The notes: generated from the letters alone by a model not told the origin. A stretch of DNA of 64,000 nt from Verrucomicrobiota bacterium (GCA_047947115.1 CP170459.1:544001-608000); one strand, 5' to 3'; positions 9,954 to 22,103 are shown, counted from the stretch's first letter. Made by a program: numbers and translations.

Positions 9954-10496
9954 ATGAAAATGCCATGGTTTATAAGGGAAACTGCAGGGGCGGTTTTATT
10001 ACTGGGAGTCATCATCTATCTTCCGGTAGTGGTCTCGGATTACACCACGCCGGAGACCATGCCATTTGAACCCGAAGCCAATCGTAGACAGTGGATCAAA
10101 TTGTTTCCGAGCAATCCGGAGACACTGCAAGCCATCATGGCAACGGTTGGAGGTCAACTGAAGGCGATTCGAAACCAACAGTTTGATGCTGCCTTCCAAT
10201 TTGCCTCCAAGGGCATTCAGGAAGAACAACCTCTGGATGAGTTTGAAGAAATGGTGCGAACCCATTACAGACCGATGCTGGATTATGAAGCCATCGAAAT
10301 CAGCAATTCACTTGATGACGGCAAGCAGGGAATGATCCGCGTGAGATTGAGCCGGAACCGAATCCCCACTGCTGTTTATTCTTACGTCATGGCACTGGAA
10401 GAAGGTCAGTGGAAAATTGGAGGCGTATTGGCCGATGGTCCCCCAACCCAACCAGCCTCTTCTCAAGGTGGAAGCCAACCATCAGGTCTGAATTAA
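9954..10496 (+). CDS. DUF4864-like membrane-anchored protein
   Basis: N-terminal TM segment; QLKAIR...AAFQFAS..IQ....FEEMVR..Y..M...Y.M..EEGQWKIGGV. Start moved to ATG 9954. Confidence 0.7.
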   Translation: MKMPWFIRETAGAVLLLGVIIYLPVVVSDYTTPETMPFEPEANRRQWIKLFPSNPETLQAIMATVGGQLKAIRNQQFDAAFQFASKGIQEEQPLDEFEEMVRTHYRPMLDYEAIEISNSLDDGKQGMIRVRLSRNRIPTAVYSYVMALEEGQWKIGGVLADGPPTQPASSQGGSQPSGLN

Positions 10497-10499
10497 CAC

Positions 10500-10904
10500 T
10501 CAGTCCCAAAGTGGGTTGGCATCAAACCCTGCATGTCCCCAGGGCGAAGCGGCGGGACGTGATTCTTTCAAAGCTCCCTGATGTTTTTCCAGGTAATCCA
10601 ACAACATTTTACGGATAACTGGAGCAGGAGCGGCCAAGCCGTTGCTTTCCATTTTGGTGATCGTTTTGTCCCAGCTTGAGCGATCTCGATGATGATGGGT
10701 GATCAAAAAGGGTGAATGACAATTACCGCAAATTGCAACAACCACCCCAATATTTGGATCGGTTTTCAGACCCCACAGCCCCTTACCCTGCTGGAGCCCT
10801 GATGGTTGTGAAACAACATCCATTTGTCCGACATTTATCAAGCACAGTGTCAACATCCAGATGGATCCTGCCTTACGGAAAGAAGTGAAATGTTTCATCA
10901 TCAT
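10500..10904 (-). CDS. sorB: SorB-like monoheme cytochrome c subunit
   Basis: CGNCH heme motif, W..TI..M, LDYL; signal peptide; directly downstream of the sulfite oxidase gene. Confidence 0.75.
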   Translation of the reverse strand: MMMKHFTSFRKAGSIWMLTLCLINVGQMDVVSQPSGLQQGKGLWGLKTDPNIGVVVAICGNCHSPFLITHHHRDRSSWDKTITKMESNGLAAPAPVIRKMLLDYLEKHQGALKESRPAASPWGHAGFDANPLWD

Positions 10905-10919
10905 ATCTCCATCTTCCAA

Positions 10920-12167
10920 TTAAACCAACTTAACAGCGATACGATGGGCTGCATTGTTCAGATACCCCTTTGGGTTCCACCCGGGAACAACCATAGGCTG
11001 ACCTCGCCCCTCCACATCCGTAGCTCGGGCCCATACTTCATAATAGCCGGCTTTGGGCAAATCCAATAAGATACTCCAATGCTGCCAGGCGTACTTGTTG
11101 ACAGGTGCGGCCAAATCAGCCTGATGCCATGTCGCGCCGAAGTCGCAACTGATGTCCATGCGTGCGACATCACCATTCCCAGACCAGGCATGGCCACGCA
11201 GTAAAAGAGGTTTCCCAAAGGGAAACTCCGCACCGGTACCCGGATGCGTGATAATGGATTTAACGGGCATGGTTTCAATGATTTCAAAATCCTCCTCAGG
11301 CAACTTGTCACCAGGGGCCACCGGATGTTTGGGGACGCGATACGATGTGCCGGTCATTTTGGGCCCATCATGAATTTGATCACGAATCTGGATTCGGTTA
11401 ATCCATTTGCCGGAGGTCGAACCGGGCCAACCGGGGCAAATCAATCTCAGAGGAAAACCATGTTCTGCCGGGAGAGGTACACCGTTCATTTCCCACACCA
11501 ACAAGGTGTGCTCATCCAGAGCCTTTTCAATGGGGACTCCCCGTGATATGGGGTACTTGCCCGGCTCGCGACTTAAATGGGGATCTTCGCCATAGTAGGC
11601 GATGTAGACGGCAGTTGACTTCACTCCGGCTTTGTTGAGCACATCCCGCAATCGAACACCCCTATATTGAGCACATCCTACGGCTCCGAGGGTCCAAGGA
11701 TTACCACCCACTTTGGGATAATAACCGGCCCTTCCATTCCCCCCGCACTCAATCACCAACGCGGCACTCTGTTGGCTGAAGCCATCCTTCAGATCTTCCA
11801 GACTAAGATTGAGAACCTTCTCTACCTCGCCATCAATGGTCAACGACCAATCGCCCAGTTTAGCAGAAGTGGCGCGTTCCGGAATAAGTCCGTTGTTGCG
11901 TACAAAGTGACGATGGTTTGGAGTGATCGGGTCATCAAGCAGGGTAGCAGTCGCTTCGGCATTGACCGGTTTGTCGCTGAGCAAACGCAACTCTTCCTTG
12001 CCCGGCCAACTTTTTTGGATGGCCTCTTGACCAAGCGCGGATGGAAACAATCCGGAGCGCAGCAACTGATCCTGAAAAACAATCGGAGCGCCCAGGGCAG
12101 CTGTCAATCCGGCAATAAATTTCCGCCTGTCTGTGCGCCTGGTATGTGTCAAAAAGTCTGTTTTCAT
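10920..12167 (-). CDS. sorA: Sulfite oxidase-family molybdoenzyme (SorA/SoxC-like), Tat-exported
   Basis: DRRKF Tat motif, FVRNNG, ECGGNGR (Mo-binding Cys), HGFPLRLICPGW, WNPKGYLNN. Confidence 0.88.
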   Translation of the reverse strand: MKTDFLTHTRRTDRRKFIAGLTAALGAPIVFQDQLLRSGLFPSALGQEAIQKSWPGKEELRLLSDKPVNAEATATLLDDPITPNHRHFVRNNGLIPERATSAKLGDWSLTIDGEVEKVLNLSLEDLKDGFSQQSAALVIECGGNGRAGYYPKVGGNPWTLGAVGCAQYRGVRLRDVLNKAGVKSTAVYIAYYGEDPHLSREPGKYPISRGVPIEKALDEHTLLVWEMNGVPLPAEHGFPLRLICPGWPGSTSGKWINRIQIRDQIHDGPKMTGTSYRVPKHPVAPGDKLPEEDFEIIETMPVKSIITHPGTGAEFPFGKPLLLRGHAWSGNGDVARMDISCDFGATWHQADLAAPVNKYAWQHWSILLDLPKAGYYEVWARATDVEGRGQPMVVPGWNPKGYLNNAAHRIAVKLV

Positions 12168-12199
12168 TCTAGTCCGTTTCGTTTCGACCAAAAGCCATA

Positions 12200-14347
<2,148 letters not shown>

Positions 14348-14393
14348 TCAAAGCGGCAATCGGTTTTTGGCGCCAATCGTAAAAACCACTCGT

Positions 14394-15797
14394 TCAGGAT
14401 TCGTTGAAATAGGATTCGATGCAACCGGCCACTTCAGTCGAATCCACCAGCTTTTCACACGGTAATATTTCGGCATTTCCACTGAGCAATACCGGATTGT
14501 GTCGAGTATCCTCAGGACGTGTTCCATGTGAACCTTTGATCAAATCCGCATTCAACGGAATCACATCCATCAACATCCGAAAACCCAGCTTCTTCTGAAG
14601 CAATCGCCAGGCAATCTTAAGTTTTGGAAATGTCAGCGATGGATCCAGAAACAACTCCGCCGGATCATATCCAGGCTTACGATGAATATCGACACAACGA
14701 GCAAAGTCGGGGGCCCGATCATCATTCATCCAGTAATAATAAGTGAACCAGGCCCAGTCCTTCGAAAACACCACCAAATCTCCCGCGCGTACATGATCGA
14801 GTCCGTTTTCCCTTTTCTCATCCGGCCCCCAAACCCAATCGACACCTTCCACGGATTCGAGAAGTTCCCTCACTTCCGGAAGCCGCAAAGGATCTTGAAC
14901 ATGCACATGGGCAACCTGATGGTCCGCCACCGCAAACACTTTCGATGCCCCAAAATCGATCAATTCTCTGCCAAGTTCCTCCTTGATGGTCAACCAACCT
15001 TGCTCACGAAACAATCTGTTGAGATGAATGGGTTTACTGACCGGCGTAATGCCATACTCGGAAAGAATCAACGATTCCACCCCCCGATCCTCCAGATAAC
15101 TCACTAGGTCGCCAACGATGGTGTCGATGCGTTGAAGGTCTGCCGGGATGCACGGATGATCCGGCCCGAACCGTTGTAAGTTGTAATCAAGATGCGGTAG
15201 ATAAACCAGGTTCAAAGAGGGCTGATACTTCCTTTCCACCCAACGAGCCGAATCGGCAATCCACTTCGACACGGCTTGAGGAGGACCCTGCGGAGTGTCC
15301 ATACCGGCTGCCGGCCCCCAAAAAGTGGGGAAGGGAAACGGACCCAGTTCTTTTTTGACTTCAGGGCGAATATCATATGGCCAGGTGTAGATGTCAAAAA
15401 CCTTTCGCCCATCGGCCGGATACATTGGTCTGGGAGTCAGGCTGTAATCCGTGGAGGCATACATATTATACCACCAAAAAACCTTGGCACAGGTAAATCC
15501 AGGCAATCGTGCTTTGAGTCGATCCCAAACTTTTGGTGCCTGCACAAGTTGATTGGGTTGCTTCCAGAACTGGACCTCGGCAAGTTCTTTGTTGTACCAG
15601 CCGTTGGCAACGATCCCATGTTCCGATGGAGTCACTCCGGTAAGATAATTGGACTGAGCGGTGCAAGTAACGGCAGGCAGAGCTGGATTGACGGAACAAA
15701 GCTTACCCTGCTGTTTGATTGAGGAAAGACGGGGCATGCCTTTCTCAATGAGGTCCACCGTCAGACCAACCACATTGATCACCGCCAATCTTTTCAT
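14394..15797 (-). CDS. eboF: EboF-like alkaline phosphatase/nucleotide pyrophosphatase family protein
   Basis: VINVVGLT, PAVTCTAQ, FWKQ, FWWYNMY, YLPHLDY.LQRFGP, SEYGI, VDIHRKPGYDP.ELF, GSHG. Confidence 0.8.
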   Translation of the reverse strand: MKRLAVINVVGLTVDLIEKGMPRLSSIKQQGKLCSVNPALPAVTCTAQSNYLTGVTPSEHGIVANGWYNKELAEVQFWKQPNQLVQAPKVWDRLKARLPGFTCAKVFWWYNMYASTDYSLTPRPMYPADGRKVFDIYTWPYDIRPEVKKELGPFPFPTFWGPAAGMDTPQGPPQAVSKWIADSARWVERKYQPSLNLVYLPHLDYNLQRFGPDHPCIPADLQRIDTIVGDLVSYLEDRGVESLILSEYGITPVSKPIHLNRLFREQGWLTIKEELGRELIDFGASKVFAVADHQVAHVHVQDPLRLPEVRELLESVEGVDWVWGPDEKRENGLDHVRAGDLVVFSKDWAWFTYYYWMNDDRAPDFARCVDIHRKPGYDPAELFLDPSLTFPKLKIAWRLLQKKLGFRMLMDVIPLNADLIKGSHGTRPEDTRHNPVLLSGNAEILPCEKLVDSTEVAGCIESYFNES

Positions 15798-15818
15798 GAA
15801 GCAAACAAGTAATGGAAA

Positions 15819-17009
15819 TCAAGGATGCGCCACCGCGATTTTCTGAGGTTTGGCCTGGTATCGATCGCGTAGCAGGTGCATGGCTTGGGTCATTTTCGGT
15901 ACATTGATCTCATGCACCTCGATTCCCTTGCCGATGCCCTCGAGCAGGGTAATTGTCAATTGCCCCCCCAAGTGTTCGCGAAATTCCTCCAGGCCTTTGA
16001 GCACGGTAAGTTTTCCTTCACTACTCGTATAATGCAATTCATTGGAATAAAGCTCAAAACCGAGGTTTTCAAGCAGGGCCAGAATGCGATCGACTTCCAC
16101 CTGTTTCAACATCCCAATCAATCCGGCATAAATGACGTCGAGTGAAATCCCAATGGCAACGGCTTCACCATGTCGAATAGAGTAACTGGAAAGTTGCTCC
16201 AGTTTATGAGCCGCCCAATGCCCAAAATCCAACGGCCTGGCCGATCCGAACTCGAAGGGGTCTCCGCTGTTTGCAATGTGGTTCATATGGAGTTCGGCAC
16301 ATCGATAAATCAATCGATTCATGGCCTCAGGCTGAAACCCGGCCAAATCTAGCGCGGTCTTTTCCAACTCCTCAAAAAATGCAGCGTCCCGAATCAAAGC
16401 CACCTTGACCGCCTCGGAATAGCCACCGCGTTTGTCGCGATCTAAGAGTCCCTGCAACCAGGCAGAGTCGTTAATGACCGCAAACGGCGGTGCAAAGGTA
16501 CCGACAAAATTCTTTTTCCCAAATGCATTGATTCCATTTTTAACCCCCACACCGGAGTCGGCCTGACTCAAGGTAGTAGTCGGAATCCGAACATGCCTGA
16601 CCCCGCGATGAGCGGTCGCAGCAGCCAAACCAACCATGTCCAGCAAAGCCCCTCCCCCGATGGCAATCACGTAGGAATGTCGGTCGATATGATATCGATC
16701 AATGGGTGATTGGATTTCAGAGACATGAAAATATGAATTCTTAACTCGTTCCCCACCCTCTGCAATGATGGTGGGACAGACAAGATCCACGTTCTTTCGT
16801 TTATCAAAATATTGGTGAATGGCTCCGCATAATTCCGGATAAGCGCGAACCAATCCATCGTCGGCAATCACCAACACCTTAACGGGTTCGGATTTGAAAT
16901 CTTCGGTGAGTACATCATGGAGCGTCGGGTTGTCAGCGTTAAACACGCCCTCAGTAAACAATACCCGATGCCGATACGACACTTGGACCTGACGTTCAAT
17001 CTGGATCAC
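15819..17009 (-). CDS. eboD: EboD-like 3-dehydroquinate synthase-family sugar-phosphate cyclase
   Basis: GGGALLDMVGLAAATAHRGVRHVRIPTT.LSQADSGVGVKNGIN, GDPFE.GSARPLDFGHWAAHKLE, GLEEFREHLGG: EboD-type rather than AroB-type motifs. Confidence 0.82.
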   Translation of the reverse strand: MIQIERQVQVSYRHRVLFTEGVFNADNPTLHDVLTEDFKSEPVKVLVIADDGLVRAYPELCGAIHQYFDKRKNVDLVCPTIIAEGGERVKNSYFHVSEIQSPIDRYHIDRHSYVIAIGGGALLDMVGLAAATAHRGVRHVRIPTTTLSQADSGVGVKNGINAFGKKNFVGTFAPPFAVINDSAWLQGLLDRDKRGGYSEAVKVALIRDAAFFEELEKTALDLAGFQPEAMNRLIYRCAELHMNHIANSGDPFEFGSARPLDFGHWAAHKLEQLSSYSIRHGEAVAIGISLDVIYAGLIGMLKQVEVDRILALLENLGFELYSNELHYTSSEGKLTVLKGLEEFREHLGGQLTITLLEGIGKGIEVHEINVPKMTQAMHLLRDRYQAKPQKIAVAHP

Positions 17010-17086
17010 GTGGGTTAATTTGACTGGAAATTTGTGACTAGACCAGCAAAAAGGGCGGCGAAGAAAACGAGTGATTTACCTACTCC

Positions 17087-19663
17087 TCAGGTCAAACTGG
17101 AGAATAAATCCAATTGAGGGGAGGGTTCCAGTTTTTTCAGTTTGTCTCTTTCGGCTCGGTGGCGAGTTTTCAATTTTGCCTGCCCGGCCGGGGACAGCTC
17201 TGTCTCTTCAAGATTGCCAAGGATTTGCTTGGCTCGCTGAATCACCTCCAAAGGCACACCAGCCAACCTTGCCACCTGGATGCCATAGCTTTTATCCGTG
17301 CCACCAGGCAGGATCTGGTGGAGGAACACAACCTTATCATTCCATTCTTTGACAGCCACATTGTAGTTGCGAATACGTTTAAGCTTATGCGACAATTCTG
17401 TAAGCTCATGATAATGTGTTGCAAACAGAGTCTTGGCTCCTACTTGATTATGTAAATATTCCACAATGGACCAAGCAAGGCTCAATCCATCAAACGTACT
17501 CGTTCCACGACCGATTTCATCCAGTATCACGAGACTCCTGGACGTTGCATTATTCAGAATATTTGCAGTTTCACTCATCTCAACCATGAAGGTTGACTGT
17601 CCCCGTGAAAGATCATCACTTGCACCAATGCGTGTAAAGATACGATCCATCACTCCGATCGTAGCTGATCTGGCTGGTATAAAAGACCCAGTATGAGCCA
17701 TAAGCGCAAGCAAGGCAGTCTGACGAATGAATGTGCTTTTACCAGCCATATTCGGACCAGTGATGAGAGCGATTTGTTCGTCATCTTGCCCAAGACTCGA
17801 GTTGTTTGGGACAAAACGTTCTCCGTGTAATGTTTGTTCAAGCACCGGATGCCGTCCTTGCTCAATGACACATTCCCCGCCATCGGTGATTTGGGGTCGG
17901 CAATAATCCTGCATACGCGCCAACTCCGCAAAAGAACTTATTACGTCCAAATCAGCAATCGCCGCTGCCGTTTGCTGAACTTGATTCAGGTAGGACAAAA
18001 CCTTCTCCCTCACTGCCAGGAATAGGTCGTACTCCAATTTGGCCGCCCGCTCTTCGGCCCCAAGTATTTTCACTTCCACTTCTTTAAGAGATTCGGTGAT
18101 ATATCGTTCTCCATTGGCAATGGTTTGCTTGCGGATATAATGTTCTGGAACTTTGTCCAAATGGGTTTTGGTCACTTCAACAAAGTAACCAAAAACCGAA
18201 TTAAATTTAACTTTGAGTGACGGAATATCAGTACGCTCAATTTCTTCGGTCTGGAATTTGGCGATCCAGGCTTTGCCATCTTTTTTGGCTGACAGGATTT
18301 CATCCAGATCAGCATTGAACCCTTGTCTTATCAGGTTCCCCTCCTTGAGTGTCGCAGCTGGTTCTTCAATGATGGCACCAGAAATCAATTGCACTAAATC
18401 AGGTAAGGAATGGATGCGATCTCCCAATTCCGCCAACAAACAACCCGTCCCACCATCAACAGGCGGTGTTTCAATATTCAGTTGTGGTTCTGGTAGTTGA
18501 TCATTGGATCCAAGATCGTTCAGCACTGCTTTCAAAGCAGGAATGCATTCGAGGCCACATTTTAAAGCAATGAGATCTCTGGCGTTGCCCGAGCCTATAC
18601 TCAATCTGCTCATGGTCCGCTCCAAGTCTTTGATCGATTTGAGAGCAAATCTGAACTTTTCCAGTGATTCCGATCGGTGCACCCAGTTTTCAACTGCATC
18701 CTGACGTTTAACAATCGCTTCTCGATCTGATAATGGACAGGACAGCCATTCCTTGAGTCGCCGCGCGCCCATAGGTGTGATGGTTCGATTGACGGCAAAG
18801 AAAAGACTTTGAGAATTCGATGTTTTTTGATGATTTGATTCGAGAATCTCCAAATGCCTGAGTGTCACCGAATCCAAAACAACAAATTCAGTGGGCTCAT
18901 AGGTTTTAATTCGAGTTAAATGACGCACATCACGTCGCAGCTGGTGGACAAGGTAATGCAAGATACCACCTGCAGCTCCAATGGCACTTTCCTTATGAGT
19001 TAATCCGTATCCATCCAAAGATTTAACTTTGAAATGCTCCAACAACGTGAAAGTCGCGGTATCCAGTTGAAATACCCAATCATCATACTCGCTGACAACT
19101 GCCTTTATATCAGCCAACAACGACTTAATCTTCGAATCATCCGTAGGCACGATGATTTCAGATGGTTGCATTCGCTGAAGCTCTGTTAACACTTCATCGG
19201 AATGTTGAAGGTATGCGGCACTGAAATCACCAGTTGTTAAATCGACAAAAGCTACACCGTAATTTTTCTGAGACCGGAAAACTGATGCCAAATAGTTATG
19301 TGACTCTGACACCAACAACTTTTCATCGAAATGTGCTCCAGGACTGATGATCTGAGTGACTGCCCTTTTGACCAATTTTCCGGGTTTGGCCTCTTCCACC
19401 TGATCACATATAGCGACTTTTTTACCCGCTTCCAGGATTTTGGAAATGTAACTGGAAGCGGCGTGATAGGGAATCCCACACATTGGAGTCGTTCCGCGCT
19501 TCGTGAGTGCTACATTCAATATACTTGCTCCATTTTGAGCATCTTCAAAAAACATTTCGTAAAAATCTCCCAAACGAAACAGCAACAAGGTATCTGTAGG
19601 CATCTCTGCCCTGATACTTCTGTATTGCTCCATCATGGGAGTGGTACTTTTGCCTTTTGTCAT
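17087..19663 (-). CDS. mutS: DNA mismatch repair protein MutS
   Basis: TPMMEQY, GDFYEMFF, TGPNMAGKST, STFMVEM, DEIGRGTST, ATHYHEL, SYGIQVA; C-terminal QLDLF. Confidence 0.98.
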   Translation of the reverse strand: MTKGKSTTPMMEQYRSIRAEMPTDTLLLFRLGDFYEMFFEDAQNGASILNVALTKRGTTPMCGIPYHAASSYISKILEAGKKVAICDQVEEAKPGKLVKRAVTQIISPGAHFDEKLLVSESHNYLASVFRSQKNYGVAFVDLTTGDFSAAYLQHSDEVLTELQRMQPSEIIVPTDDSKIKSLLADIKAVVSEYDDWVFQLDTATFTLLEHFKVKSLDGYGLTHKESAIGAAGGILHYLVHQLRRDVRHLTRIKTYEPTEFVVLDSVTLRHLEILESNHQKTSNSQSLFFAVNRTITPMGARRLKEWLSCPLSDREAIVKRQDAVENWVHRSESLEKFRFALKSIKDLERTMSRLSIGSGNARDLIALKCGLECIPALKAVLNDLGSNDQLPEPQLNIETPPVDGGTGCLLAELGDRIHSLPDLVQLISGAIIEEPAATLKEGNLIRQGFNADLDEILSAKKDGKAWIAKFQTEEIERTDIPSLKVKFNSVFGYFVEVTKTHLDKVPEHYIRKQTIANGERYITESLKEVEVKILGAEERAAKLEYDLFLAVREKVLSYLNQVQQTAAAIADLDVISSFAELARMQDYCRPQITDGGECVIEQGRHPVLEQTLHGERFVPNNSSLGQDDEQIALITGPNMAGKSTFIRQTALLALMAHTGSFIPARSATIGVMDRIFTRIGASDDLSRGQSTFMVEMSETANILNNATSRSLVILDEIGRGTSTFDGLSLAWSIVEYLHNQVGAKTLFATHYHELTELSHKLKRIRNYNVAVKEWNDKVVFLHQILPGGTDKSYGIQVARLAGVPLEVIQRAKQILGNLEETELSPAGQAKLKTRHRAERDKLKKLEPSPQLDLFSSLT

Positions 19664-19702
19664 GTGTTGATTAAACTACATAATTGAGTTCGTACAAAAA
19701 AC

Positions 19703-19734
19703 AAAAAAAAGCGCGAGATAAACTCGCGCTTTTT
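19703..19734 (-). terminator. Intrinsic terminator after the PEP-CTERM gene
   Basis: GCGCGAG-ATAAA-CTCGCGC stem flanked by A8 and a T-run. Confidence 0.8.
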
Positions 19735-19759
19735 GGGAATTGATTAAGCAAATATGAGA

Positions 19760-20401
19760 TTACTTACGACGGCGTATGTAGCCAAATCCGAAAAGCGATC
19801 CGATGCCCATCACAGCAAGAGCAACTGTTCCTGGCTCAGGAACGGCAACCACTTGTGCTGCAAAGTTAGCTGTAGCGAAAGGGATCTGCTCCAAGGCCCA
19901 ATCGCCGTTCGCGCCACGAACCCACATATCGTCGAAGCTGGAACCAACCAGCGGAGGGTTACGGAGCAACAGGCCAACGTCCTGGGTGTTTTGCAGATCG
20001 TTGAATTCAATGGTAAAGGTAAAAAACTCGCTACCCAGAGGAACTGAGATGCCAGTGACTTCGACAGTGTTGAAGTCAGCCGCCAAATCAAAGGCGCCAC
20101 TTTGGAAAAGTGTAGTTCCAGGCGCGCCGTTGGCTCCGTCGTTCGCATGGAATCGGACGATACCGGTTCCTGCAGCTTCGGAAGAATAATATTCCAAACG
20201 GAATTCCGTGACGACGTTGGCATCACCTGCCAAATTCACCTGATCGCCAAACTCCAAGGAATTGTCTGCGGGCGAAAATCGGCCCAAAACAGGATCGGAG
20301 GAGTTATCATAGGCTACTATTTGAGCTTGTGCTGTATTAATTGCGGCTGCGGCCGCTATGGCACAAACCAATCCCTTTAACAAGTTCTTACTGGTTCTCA
20401 T
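19760..20401 (-). CDS. PEP-CTERM sorting domain surface protein
   Basis: Signal peptide; C-terminus VPEPGTVALAVMGIGSLFGFGYIRRRK. Confidence 0.93.
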   Translation of the reverse strand: MRTSKNLLKGLVCAIAAAAAINTAQAQIVAYDNSSDPVLGRFSPADNSLEFGDQVNLAGDANVVTEFRLEYYSSEAAGTGIVRFHANDGANGAPGTTLFQSGAFDLAADFNTVEVTGISVPLGSEFFTFTIEFNDLQNTQDVGLLLRNPPLVGSSFDDMWVRGANGDWALEQIPFATANFAAQVVAVPEPGTVALAVMGIGSLFGFGYIRRRK

Positions 20402-20486
20402 ATTCGCGTTTATCTTGTCAGTTGCTAATGCTTCTACTTCAAATTACTGGAACTACAAAGGCAAATCCCTATCTGTGATGCCCCGC

Positions 20487-20515
20487 AGATTAATCTCCTC
20501 TTCCCGCAATGTCAA
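20487..20515 (-). promoter_or_regulatory. Sigma-70 promoter for the PEP-CTERM gene
   Basis: Minus strand TTGACA-17 nt-TAATCT. Confidence 0.6.
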
Positions 20516-20671
20516 GCGATTAATATCACCTACTTCACTTTTTGGAATATCTTGAGCCAAATCATGACTCTTTTTCCTCCAGAGCTAAGTTGAAGTTACT
20601 TACACCCCAACAAATGTCAAGTGAATATTAAATAGTTTGACATCGCTCTTTTCAGGTTACCTTGCCATCAG

Positions 20672-21085
20672 ATGGACACGCATTCCAAATTGGTCGGCTA
20701 TTTGCTATGGATTTTCGGTTTCACCGGTTCTCACCGGTTTTATTTCGGCAAACCCATATCCGGCACCATTTGGCTCTGCACTGGGAGATTATTCCTGATA
20801 GGATGGCTAGTCGACCTTTTCTTGATTCCAGGCATGGATCGCGAGGCGGATCGCCGCTTCACCCAGGGAACAGCCAGTTACACCATAGCTTCGGTGCTAT
20901 TGACTTTTTTCGGTTACCTTGGCCTGCACCGACTCTATCTTGGCAAGCTAAGCGGTTTGATTCTTTTAGCCATCACGCTGCTAGCCATCATGATTCCTCC
21001 GTTGGCGCTCATTTCAATCCTCTTTATCGCAGTGGATTTCTGGACACTCAATGATCAGGTCAGTGAAAAAAACGCGGGACATTGA
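20672..21085 (+). CDS. TM2 domain membrane protein (two TM2 units)
   Basis: GYLLWIFGFTGSHRFYFGK and FFGYLGLHRLYLGK. Confidence 0.85.
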   Translation: MDTHSKLVGYLLWIFGFTGSHRFYFGKPISGTIWLCTGRLFLIGWLVDLFLIPGMDREADRRFTQGTASYTIASVLLTFFGYLGLHRLYLGKLSGLILLAITLLAIMIPPLALISILFIAVDFWTLNDQVSEKNAGH

Positions 21086-21098
21086 CAGGTGAGCGACT

Positions 21099-21968
21099 TC
21101 AAGGCGCCGTGAGATTAATCCAAAACTGGCGCCAAGGGGTTCTGATTTCGGGATCTCTTGAATAAACAGCCTGGAAACTGTTCCCCTTCACACTCAACTG
21201 GTCTCGTCCATTCATCTGATAGTTGAATCCAGTGATTGTGTAACGCTCAGGCAAATCACCCTTGGCGGCGATACGTTCCTCCAAAAACACTTCGCCCGCT
21301 GTCAACCAGATAAGGCGATCCTGACCCGCGGAAATACCTGCGTGGGGCCGATGTAAATAAACCTGATCAGGATCCTTGTCTCGAACGTGAAAAACGGTCC
21401 CGAGCACATAATATTCATCGGAATCCTCTTTTTCTGAGGCAACCACATTCCAACCGAACCCGTCACCTATCCAAGCAAATTGGACCGAGTGAATCCAAAA
21501 AGCATGGAAGCCTTCAACTTTCACAGGCGGGTTCTGGTTGATCTGCGGGAACCAATAATGGTCCACCTCCATCTTATCCCACACACCGTACCATTTTCCC
21601 TCGAATGCCGAGAATGCCTGTTGCGGTTCCAAACCATGATTATCACCTTCAAGCGCCTGAAAGAGACGCTTGTGCTTCAATCGAAATCCTTTGACGTTGT
21701 TTTCCTTGGCGAGGTGGTCTCCGACCAGCTTTTGAAATCGCACCACGGCCTCACTGAGTATCTCGGCCTGAGTCAGGCCAGCAGCATTTTTCAAGAGTAG
21801 ATTACGTCGAAATTTTTCTGCTTCCTTGATACCTTTCTCAAACAAATCGGCGCTGATGGAAGGGTATTCAGTTGGCACCACCCACGACCAATCTGCCAGA
21901 GACCGCACTGGCAGAAGGAGAACCAATGCCAGCATTAAGTTCATTGGACGAAAACAAGACTGAGACAT
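21099..21968 (-). CDS. Hypothetical exported protein
   Basis: 289-aa ORF with a signal peptide that fills the gap; no recognised motif. Confidence 0.6.
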   Translation of the reverse strand: MSQSCFRPMNLMLALVLLLPVRSLADWSWVVPTEYPSISADLFEKGIKEAEKFRRNLLLKNAAGLTQAEILSEAVVRFQKLVGDHLAKENNVKGFRLKHKRLFQALEGDNHGLEPQQAFSAFEGKWYGVWDKMEVDHYWFPQINQNPPVKVEGFHAFWIHSVQFAWIGDGFGWNVVASEKEDSDEYYVLGTVFHVRDKDPDQVYLHRPHAGISAGQDRLIWLTAGEVFLEERIAAKGDLPERYTITGFNYQMNGRDQLSVKGNSFQAVYSRDPEIRTPWRQFWINLTAP

Positions 21969-22103
21969 ACCTCACCATGTTCGCATCCATGCTCCAAGTC
22001 AACTCAAGGAGACCGCCCAAAAGTGATCTTTCAAATAACTTGAAGAAACCGAGCTCTTGGCATCATGCTTTGCACAAAGCATATCGTCTATTTAAGATAT
22101 CCC

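Noticed and set aside
15819..17009. Calling this gene aroB
   Set aside because: The motifs (AHRGVRHVR, SARPLDFGHW, EEFREHLGG) and the adjacent eboF-like gene fit EboD better.
22058..22074. TTGGCATCATGCTTTGC as a sigma-54 promoter for modABC
   Set aside because: The GG-to-GC spacing is 11 nt rather than the required 10.
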